From NCBI GenBank assembly GCA_019058295.1, contig JAHPZI010000021.1, positions 225,141 to 289,140 of the forward strand: a stretch of DNA of 64,000 bases. Direction: 5' to 3'. The translations under genes and the position numbers were made by a program. Numbering within the stretch: position 1 is the stretch's first letter; each line of letters begins with the position of its first letter. Positions 9,487-20,630 of the stretch are shown in pieces. The notes under the pieces are model-generated. The model ran no database searches. It saw nothing but the letters and a program-made list of their open reading frames with translations, and was not told the DNA's origin. Source of the DNA: Promethearchaeota archaeon (GTDB lineage: Archaea; Asgardarchaeota; Lokiarchaeia; Sigyniarchaeales; SOKP01).

Positions 9487-10251
9487 TTATTGTATGAAAT
9501 CCAGAATCTCAGAGAGATTATTAATTTTTCTTAGATTAGGAATATCGATTTCTTTTTCATAGGGAAATTTATATTGGCGTTCAAATAGAATTGTTTGTAA
9601 ACCAGCTCTTTGTCCTCCGATTATATCTGCATATTCATCTCCAACCATAATCACAGACGAGCTTTGTTCATTTTCTAATCCCATTTTTTTTAAAGTATAA
9701 TGAAAGATTTCTGGGTTAGGTTTTCTATTACCAAATTTAGCAGATGTAACAACAGCATCAAAATATTTCAATAGATCGTATTTTTTTAGAAGATTTCTAA
9801 TCGTAAAATGATGTGGATGGTTGCTGAGAACCCCTATTTTAACATTCTTTAACTCCAATATTTTATTTAAGGTATCCTTTGTGTGTTTATATGGGATCCA
9901 CTCCTCTTCTTCACAAGAATGATACAAATTAGCTAATTCTAAGTAGAACTCATCAGTTAATTTAGAGATAATTTCTTCTCCTAAAAACGTCCCCAAAACA
10001 TGTTTAAAAACATAAGATGTAGGAAATTCGTTTTTTGTTTTTACACTTTTCCTAAAGAATTCAATTCTTTCTTTTTGAAATTTTGTAGTAAATTCTTTAA
10101 TTATATCTTCCTTCAAAATCTTGGATTCTTTTAATAAGGTTACAGCCTTTTGTAATCCTCTATTATAACAATCAAAGTATTTCTCAATTGAAACATTATC
10201 AAAATGGAATAATGTAAATCCAAAATCGAAAATTATCCCTTTTATATTCAT
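9487..10251 (-). CDS. HAD-superfamily hydrolase
   Basis: FDFGFTL, LSN, RKPNPEIF, MVGDEYADIIG. Confidence 0.85.
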   Translation of the reverse strand: MNIKGIIFDFGFTLFHFDNVSIEKYFDCYNRGLQKAVTLLKESKILKEDIIKEFTTKFQKERIEFFRKSVKTKNEFPTSYVFKHVLGTFLGEEIISKLTDEFYLELANLYHSCEEEEWIPYKHTKDTLNKILELKNVKIGVLSNHPHHFTIRNLLKKYDLLKYFDAVVTSAKFGNRKPNPEIFHYTLKKMGLENEQSSSVIMVGDEYADIIGGQRAGLQTILFERQYKFPYEKEIDIPNLRKINNLSEILDFIQ

Positions 10252-10391
10252 ATATTAGATTATAAAAGAAAGTAAAAGATATTAAATTTTTTCTAAGATC
10301 TAATTTAAATTAGCTAATAATTATTCTCTTTTATACGAAAGGCCCCCAACAATCGTCTTATATGATTATTTAAAGAGTTTTTATCCCTTTT

Positions 10392-10733
10392 TTATTCCCT
10401 TAATTTCTTTTTTAATATTTTAAGTTCTTCTTTAGTTTCCTTAATCTGTCTTTCTCTATGATCTACAATTTCTTTTAATTTAGCCTCTATAGAAGCTTTC
10501 TTTTTTTTAATCATTAAGTTATATTCCTTTTTCGCAGCTTTTTCATGATCTAATCTAGATTTTATCTCGGAAAATATAGGTTTAAATTTGTTATCTATTT
10601 CTTTCAAATTAAGAAAAATTTGCGAAAAAGATTCTTCTTCCAATTTGGCGATATTATCTTCTTTAATGTTAATTAGTTTTTGTATTTCATTTATGATATT
10701 CTCATCTAAAGTCTGCATATTTTTCAATCCCAT
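10392..10733 (-). CDS. Coiled-coil hypothetical protein
   Basis: 113 aa K/E-rich helical ORF co-oriented with its neighbours. Confidence 0.55.
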   Translation of the reverse strand: MGLKNMQTLDENIINEIQKLINIKEDNIAKLEEESFSQIFLNLKEIDNKFKPIFSEIKSRLDHEKAAKKEYNLMIKKKKASIEAKLKEIVDHRERQIKETKEELKILKKKLRE

Positions 10734-10797
10734 TCTTTGTTATATTTTTTTTTTTTGAGTATATTTGAATTTATTGTATATTAGTTTTACAATTTTC

Positions 10798-11250
10798 TTA
10801 TTTCGATGGTTTTGCTGTAGCAGAAGTTATTATTTCTTGGACTAACTTTACATGAGGAATGCCTCGCAATTTGGCTTTGAATGTGATCATTTTTAGAAAC
10901 CACCCAAAACTTGATTTTTCAGTATCCATAAAATCTTCAACTTTCGCTTCCAAATAGCCCCACCATAATAGATACTTACGTTTGAGGATTTCCTTTGAGA
11001 TACTCTTATCAATGCCTTTGACATCAATATTACCGTTTTCAATGATTATTAACGCAGCCCAATCACCATCTTTAGGGTTAAAAACAATTCTACTCCTTAC
11101 TCCTCTAATAATTTCTTTAACTTTTACCTCGTTAAGTTTTAGAGCCATGTTTAAAGCCGAAGAAATAGTTTTTGCGAATCCTTTAAGTCTTTCCTTTTTA
11201 ATCCTTTCCTTAGGTTTTTTTTTCAATTTTTTATCTTCTTGAATTATCAC
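10798..11250 (-). CDS. SCP2-like hypothetical protein
   Basis: AALIIIENGNIDV...GYLEAKVEDFM...KMITFKAKLRG matches the SCP2-fold pattern. Confidence 0.55.
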   Translation of the reverse strand: MIIQEDKKLKKKPKERIKKERLKGFAKTISSALNMALKLNEVKVKEIIRGVRSRIVFNPKDGDWAALIIIENGNIDVKGIDKSISKEILKRKYLLWWGYLEAKVEDFMDTEKSSFGWFLKMITFKAKLRGIPHVKLVQEIITSATAKPSK

Positions 11251-11271
11251 TTTAATCCACCTTTATATTAT

Positions 11272-11688
11272 TCAAATGCTAATCTTTTTTATATTTGAAA
11301 TTACTATTTTTATTCCGATTAAGTAAAATATAGAACCTAATCCTAAGAAAAGAAATGAAACCATAAAACTCCTAGTATCCATAATGTCAGGTAAAAATAG
11401 AACCTGTAATATTATTATAACTGCTGATATGAAAAGCCATCCAACTAAATAAACTAAATTATATAAATTATACTTTACAAATATATTGGTAAAAACTCTT
11501 CTTACTCCTCCAATATAGTTTATGAAAAAAGTTATCAGTAAACCCGCAATCCCTATTAAAGTAATAATAGAGGGGATTTCATGTATCCACTCATATGCTA
11601 ATAAAACGGATACAAATAAAATATATATAATTGCTGGTATTAAATATTTGAATTTGAATGAATACGGCGCCCATCCTTTTTTTTTCAT
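11272..11688 (-). CDS. Integral membrane protein (4 TM)
   Basis: Four hydrophobic segments. Confidence 0.65.
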   Translation of the reverse strand: MKKKGWAPYSFKFKYLIPAIIYILFVSVLLAYEWIHEIPSIITLIGIAGLLITFFINYIGGVRRVFTNIFVKYNLYNLVYLVGWLFISAVIIILQVLFLPDIMDTRSFMVSFLFLGLGSIFYLIGIKIVISNIKKISI

Positions 11689-11895
11689 ATCAAAACATCC
11701 TTAATTTTGAAATTTTTTGAAATTTTTTAACCAATTATCATTTAAATGGTTTAATGAATTTTTAACAGATCTCTTAAATAAATTAAATGATTGGAATTTA
11801 TAATATTTCCTAAATTTTATTAATTTAGTCTACTCTTGATTGTTAAATCTTTAATAATAAATACATTTTTATGAGTGGATTTTACTTTTATTTGA

Positions 11896-12438
11896 GTGAT
11901 TATGTCAATAGATAAATGGTTTACAAAAGATAATTCTAAAGAAGACCGAGAGAGAAGAGAAAAGATTTTTAAAAATCTCTCAGAAGAAGAGGTTCAAAAT
12001 TTAAAAAAAAAATCAACTCGAGATTTAACACAAAAAAGAAGTAAAATAAAAGAACTTAATGGTATGCCTGATGATTTTTTAAGTTATGTAATTGAATTTA
12101 AAGATTGGCTTAATCAGAGAACTTATTTAAAAGGTGATGTTGATAAGATAGAAATTTGGATAAAGAATTTAAACAAAAAGTTAGATTATGAAAATACTCA
12201 AGGATTAATAGCTAAAAATAATGTAATAGCTCAATTAAGTAATGAATTTAAAAAAATTCCACATAATTTTCTAGATGAAAAAACGAGAATCGCAATAAAT
12301 AAAAAAATGCGAGCAAAGAAACGAACGAACTCAGATAATTATTATTTAAGAAAATTAAAAAGCATAGTCCAAGAAAAATTAAAAGAAGCAAGTTATTACG
12401 AGATTCTAAAAAAAGTTTTGGAATTTAATGCCAAATAG
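11896..12438 (+). CDS. Hypothetical basic helical protein
   Basis: 180 aa ORF, no recognisable motif. Confidence 0.6.
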   Translation: MIMSIDKWFTKDNSKEDRERREKIFKNLSEEEVQNLKKKSTRDLTQKRSKIKELNGMPDDFLSYVIEFKDWLNQRTYLKGDVDKIEIWIKNLNKKLDYENTQGLIAKNNVIAQLSNEFKKIPHNFLDEKTRIAINKKMRAKKRTNSDNYYLRKLKSIVQEKLKEASYYEILKKVLEFNAK

Positions 12439-12486
12439 AGCTAATACAATAATTTTTATATTATATCTATTGTTATATTATTTAAT

Positions 12487-13578
12487 ATGTTGTTAATTTG
12501 CCCGATTGCTGGAGTTGGAAAGCGTTTACAACCATTTACTTATTCTAAGCCGAAAGCATTTCTTAAAATTGCGGGCAAAAGGTTAATAGACCATAACCTA
12601 ATTAAGTTAAAAAAGGCTTTTCCAAAAGGCACAAATATTTGTTTTATTGTAGGTTATAAGAAAAGACAAATTACAGAGTATTTGACTCAAACTTATGGCG
12701 ATTATTTTAATATATTTTTTGTTAAACAATCCCCATTAGGATATTCTGGAGATGTTCCGTACTTTTCTGGTCTCGGCGATGCGATTTTATTGGCTAAGGA
12801 TTTTGCAAAAAATGATGATTGTTTTATTTTTCTAAGCGATAGACTTCCTATGGAAGAATATACAAATATTCTTTTAAATTATCATAAGGAAGACTGCGAT
12901 GGAATTATTAATATTAAAAGAGTGGATAATCCTCAATTTTACGGAGTTGTTCTTTTAGATGAAGATAAAAAATATATTATGAAAATTGTAGAGAAACCTA
13001 TTGAATTCATCTCAAATTATGCAGTTTCTGGGGCATACATACTTCGTAAAAGTATAACTCCTCTAATGTTTGATTTGTTAGAAGAACAGAGCAAAATAAA
13101 ACTTGAGAATGGTCAGGAACATCAAATGGCTCCCGTATTACAAAAACTTATTGAAGATGGATTTAAATTCAAAATATACGAAGCTAAAGAAGAGATTTTA
13201 GATTTTGGGAGGCCAGAAAGTTTATTGGAAGGGCATCGACATTTACTTACTGAAATCAAACTTCAAGACCCTTTATATGAGGATTTATATCAATCTGGTA
13301 ATTTAGTTGATTCTAAAATTGTTCCACCTGTTTTTTTAGGCAAGAATGTTAAAATTTCCGATTCAGTCATCGGACCAAACGTATCCATCGGCGATAATGC
13401 AATATTAGAGAAATGTATTATTTCTGAGTCCATTATAGGGGATGGTGCATATTTAAAAAAAATTATATCTTCTGACAGTATAATTGGTGATTATACAATT
13501 TTAGAAGATTTAATCAAGAAAAGCATAACAATTGGAGATTCTTCTTATATAACAACAAGTAATATGAAATCTTTCTAA
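12487..13578 (+). CDS. Sugar-phosphate nucleotidyltransferase (glucose-1-phosphate thymidylyltransferase-like) with C-terminal hexapeptide beta-helix
   Basis: AGVGKRLQPFTYSKPK, GLGDA, YGVV, VEKP, DFGRPE, IGPNVSIG. Confidence 0.85.
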   Translation: MLLICPIAGVGKRLQPFTYSKPKAFLKIAGKRLIDHNLIKLKKAFPKGTNICFIVGYKKRQITEYLTQTYGDYFNIFFVKQSPLGYSGDVPYFSGLGDAILLAKDFAKNDDCFIFLSDRLPMEEYTNILLNYHKEDCDGIINIKRVDNPQFYGVVLLDEDKKYIMKIVEKPIEFISNYAVSGAYILRKSITPLMFDLLEEQSKIKLENGQEHQMAPVLQKLIEDGFKFKIYEAKEEILDFGRPESLLEGHRHLLTEIKLQDPLYEDLYQSGNLVDSKIVPPVFLGKNVKISDSVIGPNVSIGDNAILEKCIISESIIGDGAYLKKIISSDSIIGDYTILEDLIKKSITIGDSSYITTSNMKSF

Positions 13579-13604
13579 TCATTTAAAGAAAAAAAAATTT
13601 ATAA

Positions 13605-15029
13605 TTAAAATTTAGGTCTCTTATCTTGCCACGGTTGAATTTCTTCGAAAGCCTTTGAAACTTGAAGCACTGTTAACTCATCGAATCTTTTTCCAATAAT
13701 TTGCATTCCAATAGGCAATCCTTCACTCGTCCAGCCACATGGAATTGAGGCTGCGGGATTTCCCGTTAAATTAAACGGATATGTATAAGACATAAAAGCT
13801 ACAGGAGACACACCTTTACCTGCGATTGTTGGAGGATACATCATACCTAATCCAAATGCAGGACATGCTGTGGTAGGAGTTATTAAGATATCATAATTTT
13901 TAAAGAAATTATTTACCACTTTATAGACACCATCTCGCTGATATTCAGCTCTTTTAACGTCTACTGCATTGTAAGTCAAACCAGCTTCAATCATTCTAAT
14001 GAGAGTTTCATCTAAAAGTTCTCTATTTTTTAAATCTGATTGAAGATCAAATCCAAATCCTGCAGTGACTATTGTATTAAAACACAATTCTGGTTTTTTC
14101 ATTCTAATTTTTGCTTCTTCAACAGACCACTGTAAAGTTTCAAATTTATGGACCGACTCTACTACATTTTTTTCAACCTCGGGATCAATAGCTTTCACAA
14201 AACCTAATTTAATTGAATACCCAATTTTAATATTCTTTATTTCATCCTTTAGCTTTTCTACATAACTAATGTTATTATCAGGAATTGTATTCCTATCATA
14301 ATCATCTGGCCCTTTCATGACATCTAACATTAATGCAGCATCTTCTACATATCGAACGAGAGGTCCATAATGATCGAGTGTGCTCCATCCAATATGTCCA
14401 TGATGCTCTGTGGGTATTCTTCCAAAAGAGGGTTTAATTCCAAAAATACCATTAAAAGAACTTGGAATCCTCACAGAACCTCCTCCATCCGATCCTAATG
14501 CTAAGGTTCCTAATCCCGCCGCAATTGATGCCCCTGCCCCTCCACTCGATCCTCCAGAAGTTCTTTTTAAATTCCAAGGATTTAAAGTTGTACCAAAGAT
14601 TTTATTATCCGTTACAGGCATATGTCCAAAAGCTGGAGTATTAGTCTTGCCAAGAATCACTGCTCCAGCTTCTTTTAGACGTTTCACTACAATTTCATCA
14701 TCTTCAGCGATATTATTTTCATAAATTTTACAGCCTAAAGTAGTTCTTACACCTTTGATATCCATTAAATCCTTTATACTGGTTGGGATACCATTTAAAA
14801 GGGGAATTGTTTCACCATTCTTTACTGCCAAATCTGCTTTTTTGGCAGAATCTCTTGCTAAATCAAAGGTAGGTATGCAATATGCGTTAATTATAGGATT
14901 AATTTTCTCAATTCTTTCTATTATTGTTTCAGTTATTTCAACAGCGCTTAACTCTTGAGATTTTATTTTTTTTGCTATGTCACATGCTGACATAAAACAA
15001 ATTTCTTCTTTATTCATATAATCACACAA
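13605..15029 (-). CDS. Amidase-signature enzyme (paralogue 3)
   Basis: PTSIKD, GKTNTP, GGSSGG, GSDGGGSVRIP; probable start ATG 15017. Confidence 0.92.
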   Translation of the reverse strand: MCDYMNKEEICFMSACDIAKKIKSQELSAVEITETIIERIEKINPIINAYCIPTFDLARDSAKKADLAVKNGETIPLLNGIPTSIKDLMDIKGVRTTLGCKIYENNIAEDDEIVVKRLKEAGAVILGKTNTPAFGHMPVTDNKIFGTTLNPWNLKRTSGGSSGGAGASIAAGLGTLALGSDGGGSVRIPSSFNGIFGIKPSFGRIPTEHHGHIGWSTLDHYGPLVRYVEDAALMLDVMKGPDDYDRNTIPDNNISYVEKLKDEIKNIKIGYSIKLGFVKAIDPEVEKNVVESVHKFETLQWSVEEAKIRMKKPELCFNTIVTAGFGFDLQSDLKNRELLDETLIRMIEAGLTYNAVDVKRAEYQRDGVYKVVNNFFKNYDILITPTTACPAFGLGMMYPPTIAGKGVSPVAFMSYTYPFNLTGNPAASIPCGWTSEGLPIGMQIIGKRFDELTVLQVSKAFEEIQPWQDKRPKF

Positions 15030-15117
15030 TTAAGATTGAGTTAAATTGAATATTATTAGAGAACCAATAGTATTTATGATTTTTGTTTTTAAAATAATAA
15101 GTAGGAAAAAAAAGGAA

Positions 15118-16545
15118 TTAATTGAATTTTGGCTTTTTCGCTTGCCAAGGAGCAATTTCTTCAAATGCTTTTGAAACTTGTAGAACTGTTTTATCATCAA
15201 ACATTTTACCAATAATTTGCATTCCTAAAGGTAATCCTTCTTTTGACCATCCGCATGGAACGGAAGCTGCTGGATGACCCGTTAGGTTTATCGGAAAGGT
15301 AAAAGCTTGCCATGCTGTTGGGGAAACATTTTTATCTTGAATCTTTGAAGGAAATGATATTCCTAAATCAAAAGCGGGAACTGCGGTAGTTGGTGTAATT
15401 AATATATCATATTCCTTAAAAATCTTATAAAAGCTTTCATAGATAGTTTTTCTTACATCCATTGCTTTAATTATTGAAAATCCATCATAATTCAAACCTC
15501 CCTCAATCATCTTTATGAGGTCAGGATCCATTTGATCACGCCACTTGTCTAACTTAGGTTTCATGCTATAAGCAATTTCTGAAGTCCAAATTGTATAAAA
15601 AGGAAGCTCTGGTTTTTTTATTCTCATTTTCACTTTTTCTGGGATCCAACCGATTTCATTGAACTTTTCAATTGAATTTAATACAGCCTCCTCAACTTCA
15701 GAATCAACTGCTTTTGCATATCCCATATCTAATGAATAGGCAATCTTTAATTTTGCAGGTTTCTTATCAACAGTTTCATAGTAGCTAATATTATCTTCAG
15801 GAAGAGAATATTGGTATCCTTCGAATGGTCCCTTCATTACATCTAACATAAGGGCAGCATCTTTTACATATCGAGTAATTGGGCCAGCCACGGATAATGT
15901 ATGGGCGAATATGTATTCCTTAGGATAAATAGGAACTCTACCAAAGGTTGGTTTAATCCCAAACACACCATTTAAGCTTGCAGGAATCCTGATAGACCCT
16001 CCACCATCAGAACCTTGAGCTAAGGGACACAATCCAGAGGCAACAGCAGCTCCAGCTCCTCCACTTGAACCTCCACAAGTTTTTTTTAAATTCCAAGGAT
16101 TTTTTGTACTCCCAAATATCGCATTATCAGTAGCCCCTTTAAATCCAAATTCAGGTGTATTGGTTTTTCCTAGAATCACACATCCAGCATCTTTTAATCT
16201 ACTCACATAAATGCTATCTTCAGTTGGTATAAAATTTTCATAAATTTTTGAACCAAAAGTGGTTCTTATCCCCTTTGTTAAAGTGAGATCTTTTAAAGAT
16301 GTAGGAATTCCTTCTAATAATCCTATATTTTCTCCTTTCTTTATGGTTTCTTCGGAGTTCTTTGCCATTTCTCTTGCTAATTCAAAAGTAGGAGTACAAT
16401 AGGCATTGATTATTGGATTGATCTTCTCGATTCTCTCTATAAAGATTTCAATGAGATCCCCAATGGAGATTTCTTCTGTTTTGATTTTCTCTTTCAATTC
16501 AAAAGCAGAAATAAAACAAATATCTTCTTTACTCATTTTTATCAC
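15118..16545 (-). CDS. Amidase-signature enzyme (paralogue 2)
   Basis: [32 protein letters not shown]. Confidence 0.92.
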   Translation of the reverse strand: MIKMSKEDICFISAFELKEKIKTEEISIGDLIEIFIERIEKINPIINAYCTPTFELAREMAKNSEETIKKGENIGLLEGIPTSLKDLTLTKGIRTTFGSKIYENFIPTEDSIYVSRLKDAGCVILGKTNTPEFGFKGATDNAIFGSTKNPWNLKKTCGGSSGGAGAAVASGLCPLAQGSDGGGSIRIPASLNGVFGIKPTFGRVPIYPKEYIFAHTLSVAGPITRYVKDAALMLDVMKGPFEGYQYSLPEDNISYYETVDKKPAKLKIAYSLDMGYAKAVDSEVEEAVLNSIEKFNEIGWIPEKVKMRIKKPELPFYTIWTSEIAYSMKPKLDKWRDQMDPDLIKMIEGGLNYDGFSIIKAMDVRKTIYESFYKIFKEYDILITPTTAVPAFDLGISFPSKIQDKNVSPTAWQAFTFPINLTGHPAASVPCGWSKEGLPLGMQIIGKMFDDKTVLQVSKAFEEIAPWQAKKPKFN

Positions 16546-16575
16546 TCATTATTTTATCACTTAAATATTCTATTT

Positions 16576-18003
16576 TTAATTAAATTGGGGTTTTTTATCT
16601 TGCCATGGAGCAATCTCTTCAAAAGCCTGCGAAACTTGAAGCACTGTTTTTTCATCATATCGCTTCCCTACGATTTGCATTCCTATTGGTAGCCCCTCAC
16701 TGGACCATCCACATGGAATAGAAGCTACTGGATGCCAAGTCAAATTAAAAATGTATGTAAATGGCGTCCATCCTATGGGTGAAACTGGACGACCGGCAAT
16801 TTTCGTAGGATTCATCCTTCCTAATTCAAATGCGGGGACAGCAGTTGTAGGAGTAATCAAAATGTCATATTCCTTAAAATAGAGATCAAATTTTTCGTCC
16901 AGTTTCCTTCTGGCAAATTCTGCTTGCTTGATATCAAAAATACTTATATTTACACCCCCATCAATCATTTTAACCAAAGTAGGATCTAATTTATATCTCC
17001 ATTCTTCTATAAGGTCTTTAAAATCATATGATATTCCCGCACCAGCAATAACTAAATATGTAGCATATAACTTTCTCATTTTCGAAAATTTGACGTGTTC
17101 TACATTCCAGTCTAAAGACTCAAACTTTTGAACAGAATCCATTACTGCTTTTTCAACATCTCGATCTATAGCTCTTACGTATCCAAGATCCAATGAATAC
17201 CCTATTTTTAACTTACTTGGTTTATCTTTAAGAGCATTTAGATAATTAATCTTAGTTGAAATTAATGAAAATTTATCCATAGGGTGTGGACCAGCCATTG
17301 CGTCCATCATTAATGCGGCATCTTTAACATATCTTACGATTGGTCCATAATGGGACAAAGTAGACAAACCCATTTTTTGATAAATTCTTGGAATTCTGCT
17401 ATAATAGGGTTTCAATCCATATACCCCACACAAACAGCTAGGAATCCTAATAGATCCTCCTCCATCAGAACCTAGAGTTAAAGGCCCCAATCCAGCGGCA
17501 ACTGCTGCTGCGGATCCTCCGCTTGATCCTCCTGTCGTTCTCTCGTGATTCCATGGATTTTTTGATTCTCCAAAAATAAGATTATCAGTAACACCTTTAT
17601 GACCAATGCTTGGTGTGTTTGTTTTCCCTAACATAACAATTCCTTCATTAAGCAAGCGATCTACTGCGATAGCATTTTTATCAGGAACATAATTTTCATA
17701 AATTACACAGCCATATGTCGTCCTTATACCTTTTGTATCTATTAAATCCTTTATAGAAGTGGGAATACCGTGTAATAGACCTAGTTTTTCTCCTTTTTTC
17801 ACAGCATCATCTGCTTTTTTAGCCATATCTCTTGCTAGATCAAGAGTGGGTGTACAGTACGCATTAATAAGAGGATTTAATTTTTCAATTCTTTCGATTA
17901 TAGTTTCAGTTATTTCTAAAGAAGTTAATTCTTGCTTTTTTATTGCGTCAGCCATATCGCAAGCAGACATAAAGCAAATATCTTCTTTACTCACTTTTAT
18001 CAC
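16576..18003 (-). CDS. Amidase-signature enzyme (paralogue 1)
   Basis: [29 protein letters not shown]. Confidence 0.92.
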   Translation of the reverse strand: MIKVSKEDICFMSACDMADAIKKQELTSLEITETIIERIEKLNPLINAYCTPTLDLARDMAKKADDAVKKGEKLGLLHGIPTSIKDLIDTKGIRTTYGCVIYENYVPDKNAIAVDRLLNEGIVMLGKTNTPSIGHKGVTDNLIFGESKNPWNHERTTGGSSGGSAAAVAAGLGPLTLGSDGGGSIRIPSCLCGVYGLKPYYSRIPRIYQKMGLSTLSHYGPIVRYVKDAALMMDAMAGPHPMDKFSLISTKINYLNALKDKPSKLKIGYSLDLGYVRAIDRDVEKAVMDSVQKFESLDWNVEHVKFSKMRKLYATYLVIAGAGISYDFKDLIEEWRYKLDPTLVKMIDGGVNISIFDIKQAEFARRKLDEKFDLYFKEYDILITPTTAVPAFELGRMNPTKIAGRPVSPIGWTPFTYIFNLTWHPVASIPCGWSSEGLPIGMQIVGKRYDEKTVLQVSQAFEEIAPWQDKKPQFN

Positions 18004-18146
18004 TCATTTTAATTAATATAGTTAAAATTAATTATGATGCTATTTAATATAAATAATAGCCTTATTGGAATAATTTTAATAAAAAAATAGTATTACATAA
18101 AATTGAAGTACAAAATAAACTATAATAATAACACCTTGATGGCAAA

Positions 18147-18827
18147 TTGAAATTTAAGAAAATTCTGTTAGTATCGCTTGTCTTTATTTCATTAATTAAC
18201 GGCATTTTATGGATGTCCGTCGATGTAGGAGCCGTAACTTACGAGTTTGAGCTTGACGAGGATGACTCGTTTACGTGGGAAGTAACCGAAGTAAATCCAC
18301 ACCAATTTGAAAAAGTATTTGGATTTGAACCTAATTTTGAAAAGAATGATGAAAATAAATACACTATACAAAGAATCGATGATACTGCAGATGGATGGTC
18401 CCTTACAATAGAGTTCTGGGATTTCAAAATTGATAAAGATGATAATGGGACAATAATATATGAGAATGTTCCCGATAGTCCTGGAGATTATGATGAAAAT
18501 ATTTTTATTCCGACGCCTGTTAATGACTTCCTAGCTGCTGCTGGTGATAGTTTATCTACAAAATATTCAGTGGATGGTGCTACTGTTGAGCGCACAGAAA
18601 CAGATTATACTATGACTAAAGAATATGATCAAAGAGGGGTATTAATTTCAGAAGAATACGTCGATGATGATGGAATAGTCCTTGTTAGAGTAGAAGGATT
18701 ATTTCGCGTAATACCATCAGGAAATATTGAAGTGGTTTTAGGTTTTATTGCTTTAGCAATCACAGGCATCATTATTGTTTTGATAAAAAAGAACAAACTC
18801 CTTATTAAAAATTCTTCTATTTCTTAA
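18147..18827 (+). CDS. Acidic surface protein with signal peptide and C-terminal membrane anchor
   Basis: N-terminal KFKK plus hydrophobic stretch, D/E-rich beta-rich body, C-terminal TM followed by KKNK. Confidence 0.7.
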   Translation: MKFKKILLVSLVFISLINGILWMSVDVGAVTYEFELDEDDSFTWEVTEVNPHQFEKVFGFEPNFEKNDENKYTIQRIDDTADGWSLTIEFWDFKIDKDDNGTIIYENVPDSPGDYDENIFIPTPVNDFLAAAGDSLSTKYSVDGATVERTETDYTMTKEYDQRGVLISEEYVDDDGIVLVRVEGLFRVIPSGNIEVVLGFIALAITGIIIVLIKKNKLLIKNSSIS

Positions 18828-18867
18828 GGTTAAATTTTATTTTAGTATATTTATTTAAGGCATAAAA

Positions 18868-20571
18868 ATGAAAGAATATAGACTTAAAAAATTAAATAAA
18901 TTTTCAGGACGGGAAGGTCCCCTCATTTTTATCATCATGGATGGAGTCGGTCTTGGTAAAAAAGACAATAATAATGCTTTTTTCTTAGCTAAAACTCCTT
19001 ATCTAGATAAATTACAAACTGAATGGCCTAAAAAGAAGTTATACACAGAATTAAAAGCGCACGGTACGGCGGTAGGTTTACCTACTGATAATGAAATGGG
19101 TAACTCCGAAGTTGGTCATAACGCATTTGGGGCGGGAAGTGTTCCAAAGCAAAGAGCCACCTTAGCAAAAGAAGCTATAGAAACGAAATCATTGTTTTTA
19201 GATCAAAAATGGATTGATTTTTCAAATGATATTAAAAATAATAATAAAAAGCTTCATTTTATTGGGTTATTATCTGATGGGTATGTTCATAGTCATATTT
19301 CTCATTTAATTGGATTATTATATGGTTCAAGGGATTCAGGAATTAAAAAAGTACGGCTTCATCCATTATTAGATGGAAGAGATGTACCTCCTCAATCTTC
19401 TCTAGAATATATCGACAAAATAGAAAAAGAGATGAATAAGATAAATAGCGAGAGAGATTTCGATTATTGTATTGCTTCAGGGGGCGGTCGAATGCATGTA
19501 ACTATGGATAGGTACAATTCGGATTGGGAGGTCGTCAGAAGAGGTTGGGATGCGCATGTTTGTGGAATTCCAGATGAATTCCCGAGTTATGAAGGTTATT
19601 TTAGATCCGCAGAAGAGGCGATTAAAAAAGCGAGAGAAATCGATCCTGATATTAGCGATCAGTACTTACCTTCTTTTGTCGTTGTAGATGAAAATAATAT
19701 CCCTGTTGGAAAGATGGAAGAGGGCGATGGCGTAATTTATTTTAACTTTAGAGGGGATAGAGCCATCCAAATTTCAAGGGCTTTTGATGAAGATGACTTT
19801 AATGAATTCGAAAGAAAATGCTATCCTAAAGTTAATTATTATGGTTTAATGGAGTATGATGAGCAATTGGGCATTCCTAAGAAGTTTTTTATTGATCCTC
19901 CTAAAATTGAAACTACAATTGTCGATTATATGGACGATAATAATATAAGTCAATTTGCGATTTCTGAAACACATAAAATAGGGCATTTGACATATTTTTG
20001 GTGCGGAAACCGAGATTTAAAAGTCTCTACTGAAAATTTTATTGATGGTGAATACGAAATAAACCTCTCTAAGTCAAGCTTAAATGAAACATACTTTGAA
20101 GTTGTTTCAGAACCATCCGAGTTAATAAAAGAGCATCCTAAAATGCGAGCTTATAAGATTAGAGATGAATTAATTAAAGCACTAAACTCCAAAAAATACA
20201 AATTCCTACGAGTAAACTTTGCGAATGGAGATATGGTCGGGCACACGGGAAGTTTAAGCGCTGCTATAATTGCAGCAGAGACGGTTGATGAATGTGTTAA
20301 AGAAATTGTGGAAACTGTAAATAATCTCAATGGAATTACAATAATTACAGCAGATCATGGAAATCTTGAGTACATGGCAGGAAATTTTGAAACTGCCCAC
20401 ACCTTAAACCCTGTCATGTTCGCTATTGTAGATTCTGGTTATAATAACGAGTATATGATTAATAATGAGATAAGAGAACCTGCTTTAGGGAATGTGGCTG
20501 CCACAATCCTTAATTTATTAGGTTATGAGAAACCAGATACTTTCTTGGATTCTTTAATAAAATTTATATGA
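18868..20571 (+). CDS. gpmI: 2,3-bisphosphoglycerate-independent phosphoglycerate mutase
   Basis: IIMDGVG, MGNSEVGH, SDGYVHSH, DGRD, NFRGDR, NGDMVGHTG, TADHGN. Confidence 0.95.
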   Translation: MKEYRLKKLNKFSGREGPLIFIIMDGVGLGKKDNNNAFFLAKTPYLDKLQTEWPKKKLYTELKAHGTAVGLPTDNEMGNSEVGHNAFGAGSVPKQRATLAKEAIETKSLFLDQKWIDFSNDIKNNNKKLHFIGLLSDGYVHSHISHLIGLLYGSRDSGIKKVRLHPLLDGRDVPPQSSLEYIDKIEKEMNKINSERDFDYCIASGGGRMHVTMDRYNSDWEVVRRGWDAHVCGIPDEFPSYEGYFRSAEEAIKKAREIDPDISDQYLPSFVVVDENNIPVGKMEEGDGVIYFNFRGDRAIQISRAFDEDDFNEFERKCYPKVNYYGLMEYDEQLGIPKKFFIDPPKIETTIVDYMDDNNISQFAISETHKIGHLTYFWCGNRDLKVSTENFIDGEYEINLSKSSLNETYFEVVSEPSELIKEHPKMRAYKIRDELIKALNSKKYKFLRVNFANGDMVGHTGSLSAAIIAAETVDECVKEIVETVNNLNGITIITADHGNLEYMAGNFETAHTLNPVMFAIVDSGYNNEYMINNEIREPALGNVAATILNLLGYEKPDTFLDSLIKFI

Positions 20572-20630
20572 ATTTTTTTATGTATGAAAATAAAATTATT
20601 TTGAAATTGGATATTAAACCTTTATCAAAT

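Noticed and set aside
13605-18003. Calling the amidases gatA
   Set aside because: Three paralogues, no gatB/gatC nearby, and GSDGGGSIR rather than the GatA-typical GSDTGGSIRQP
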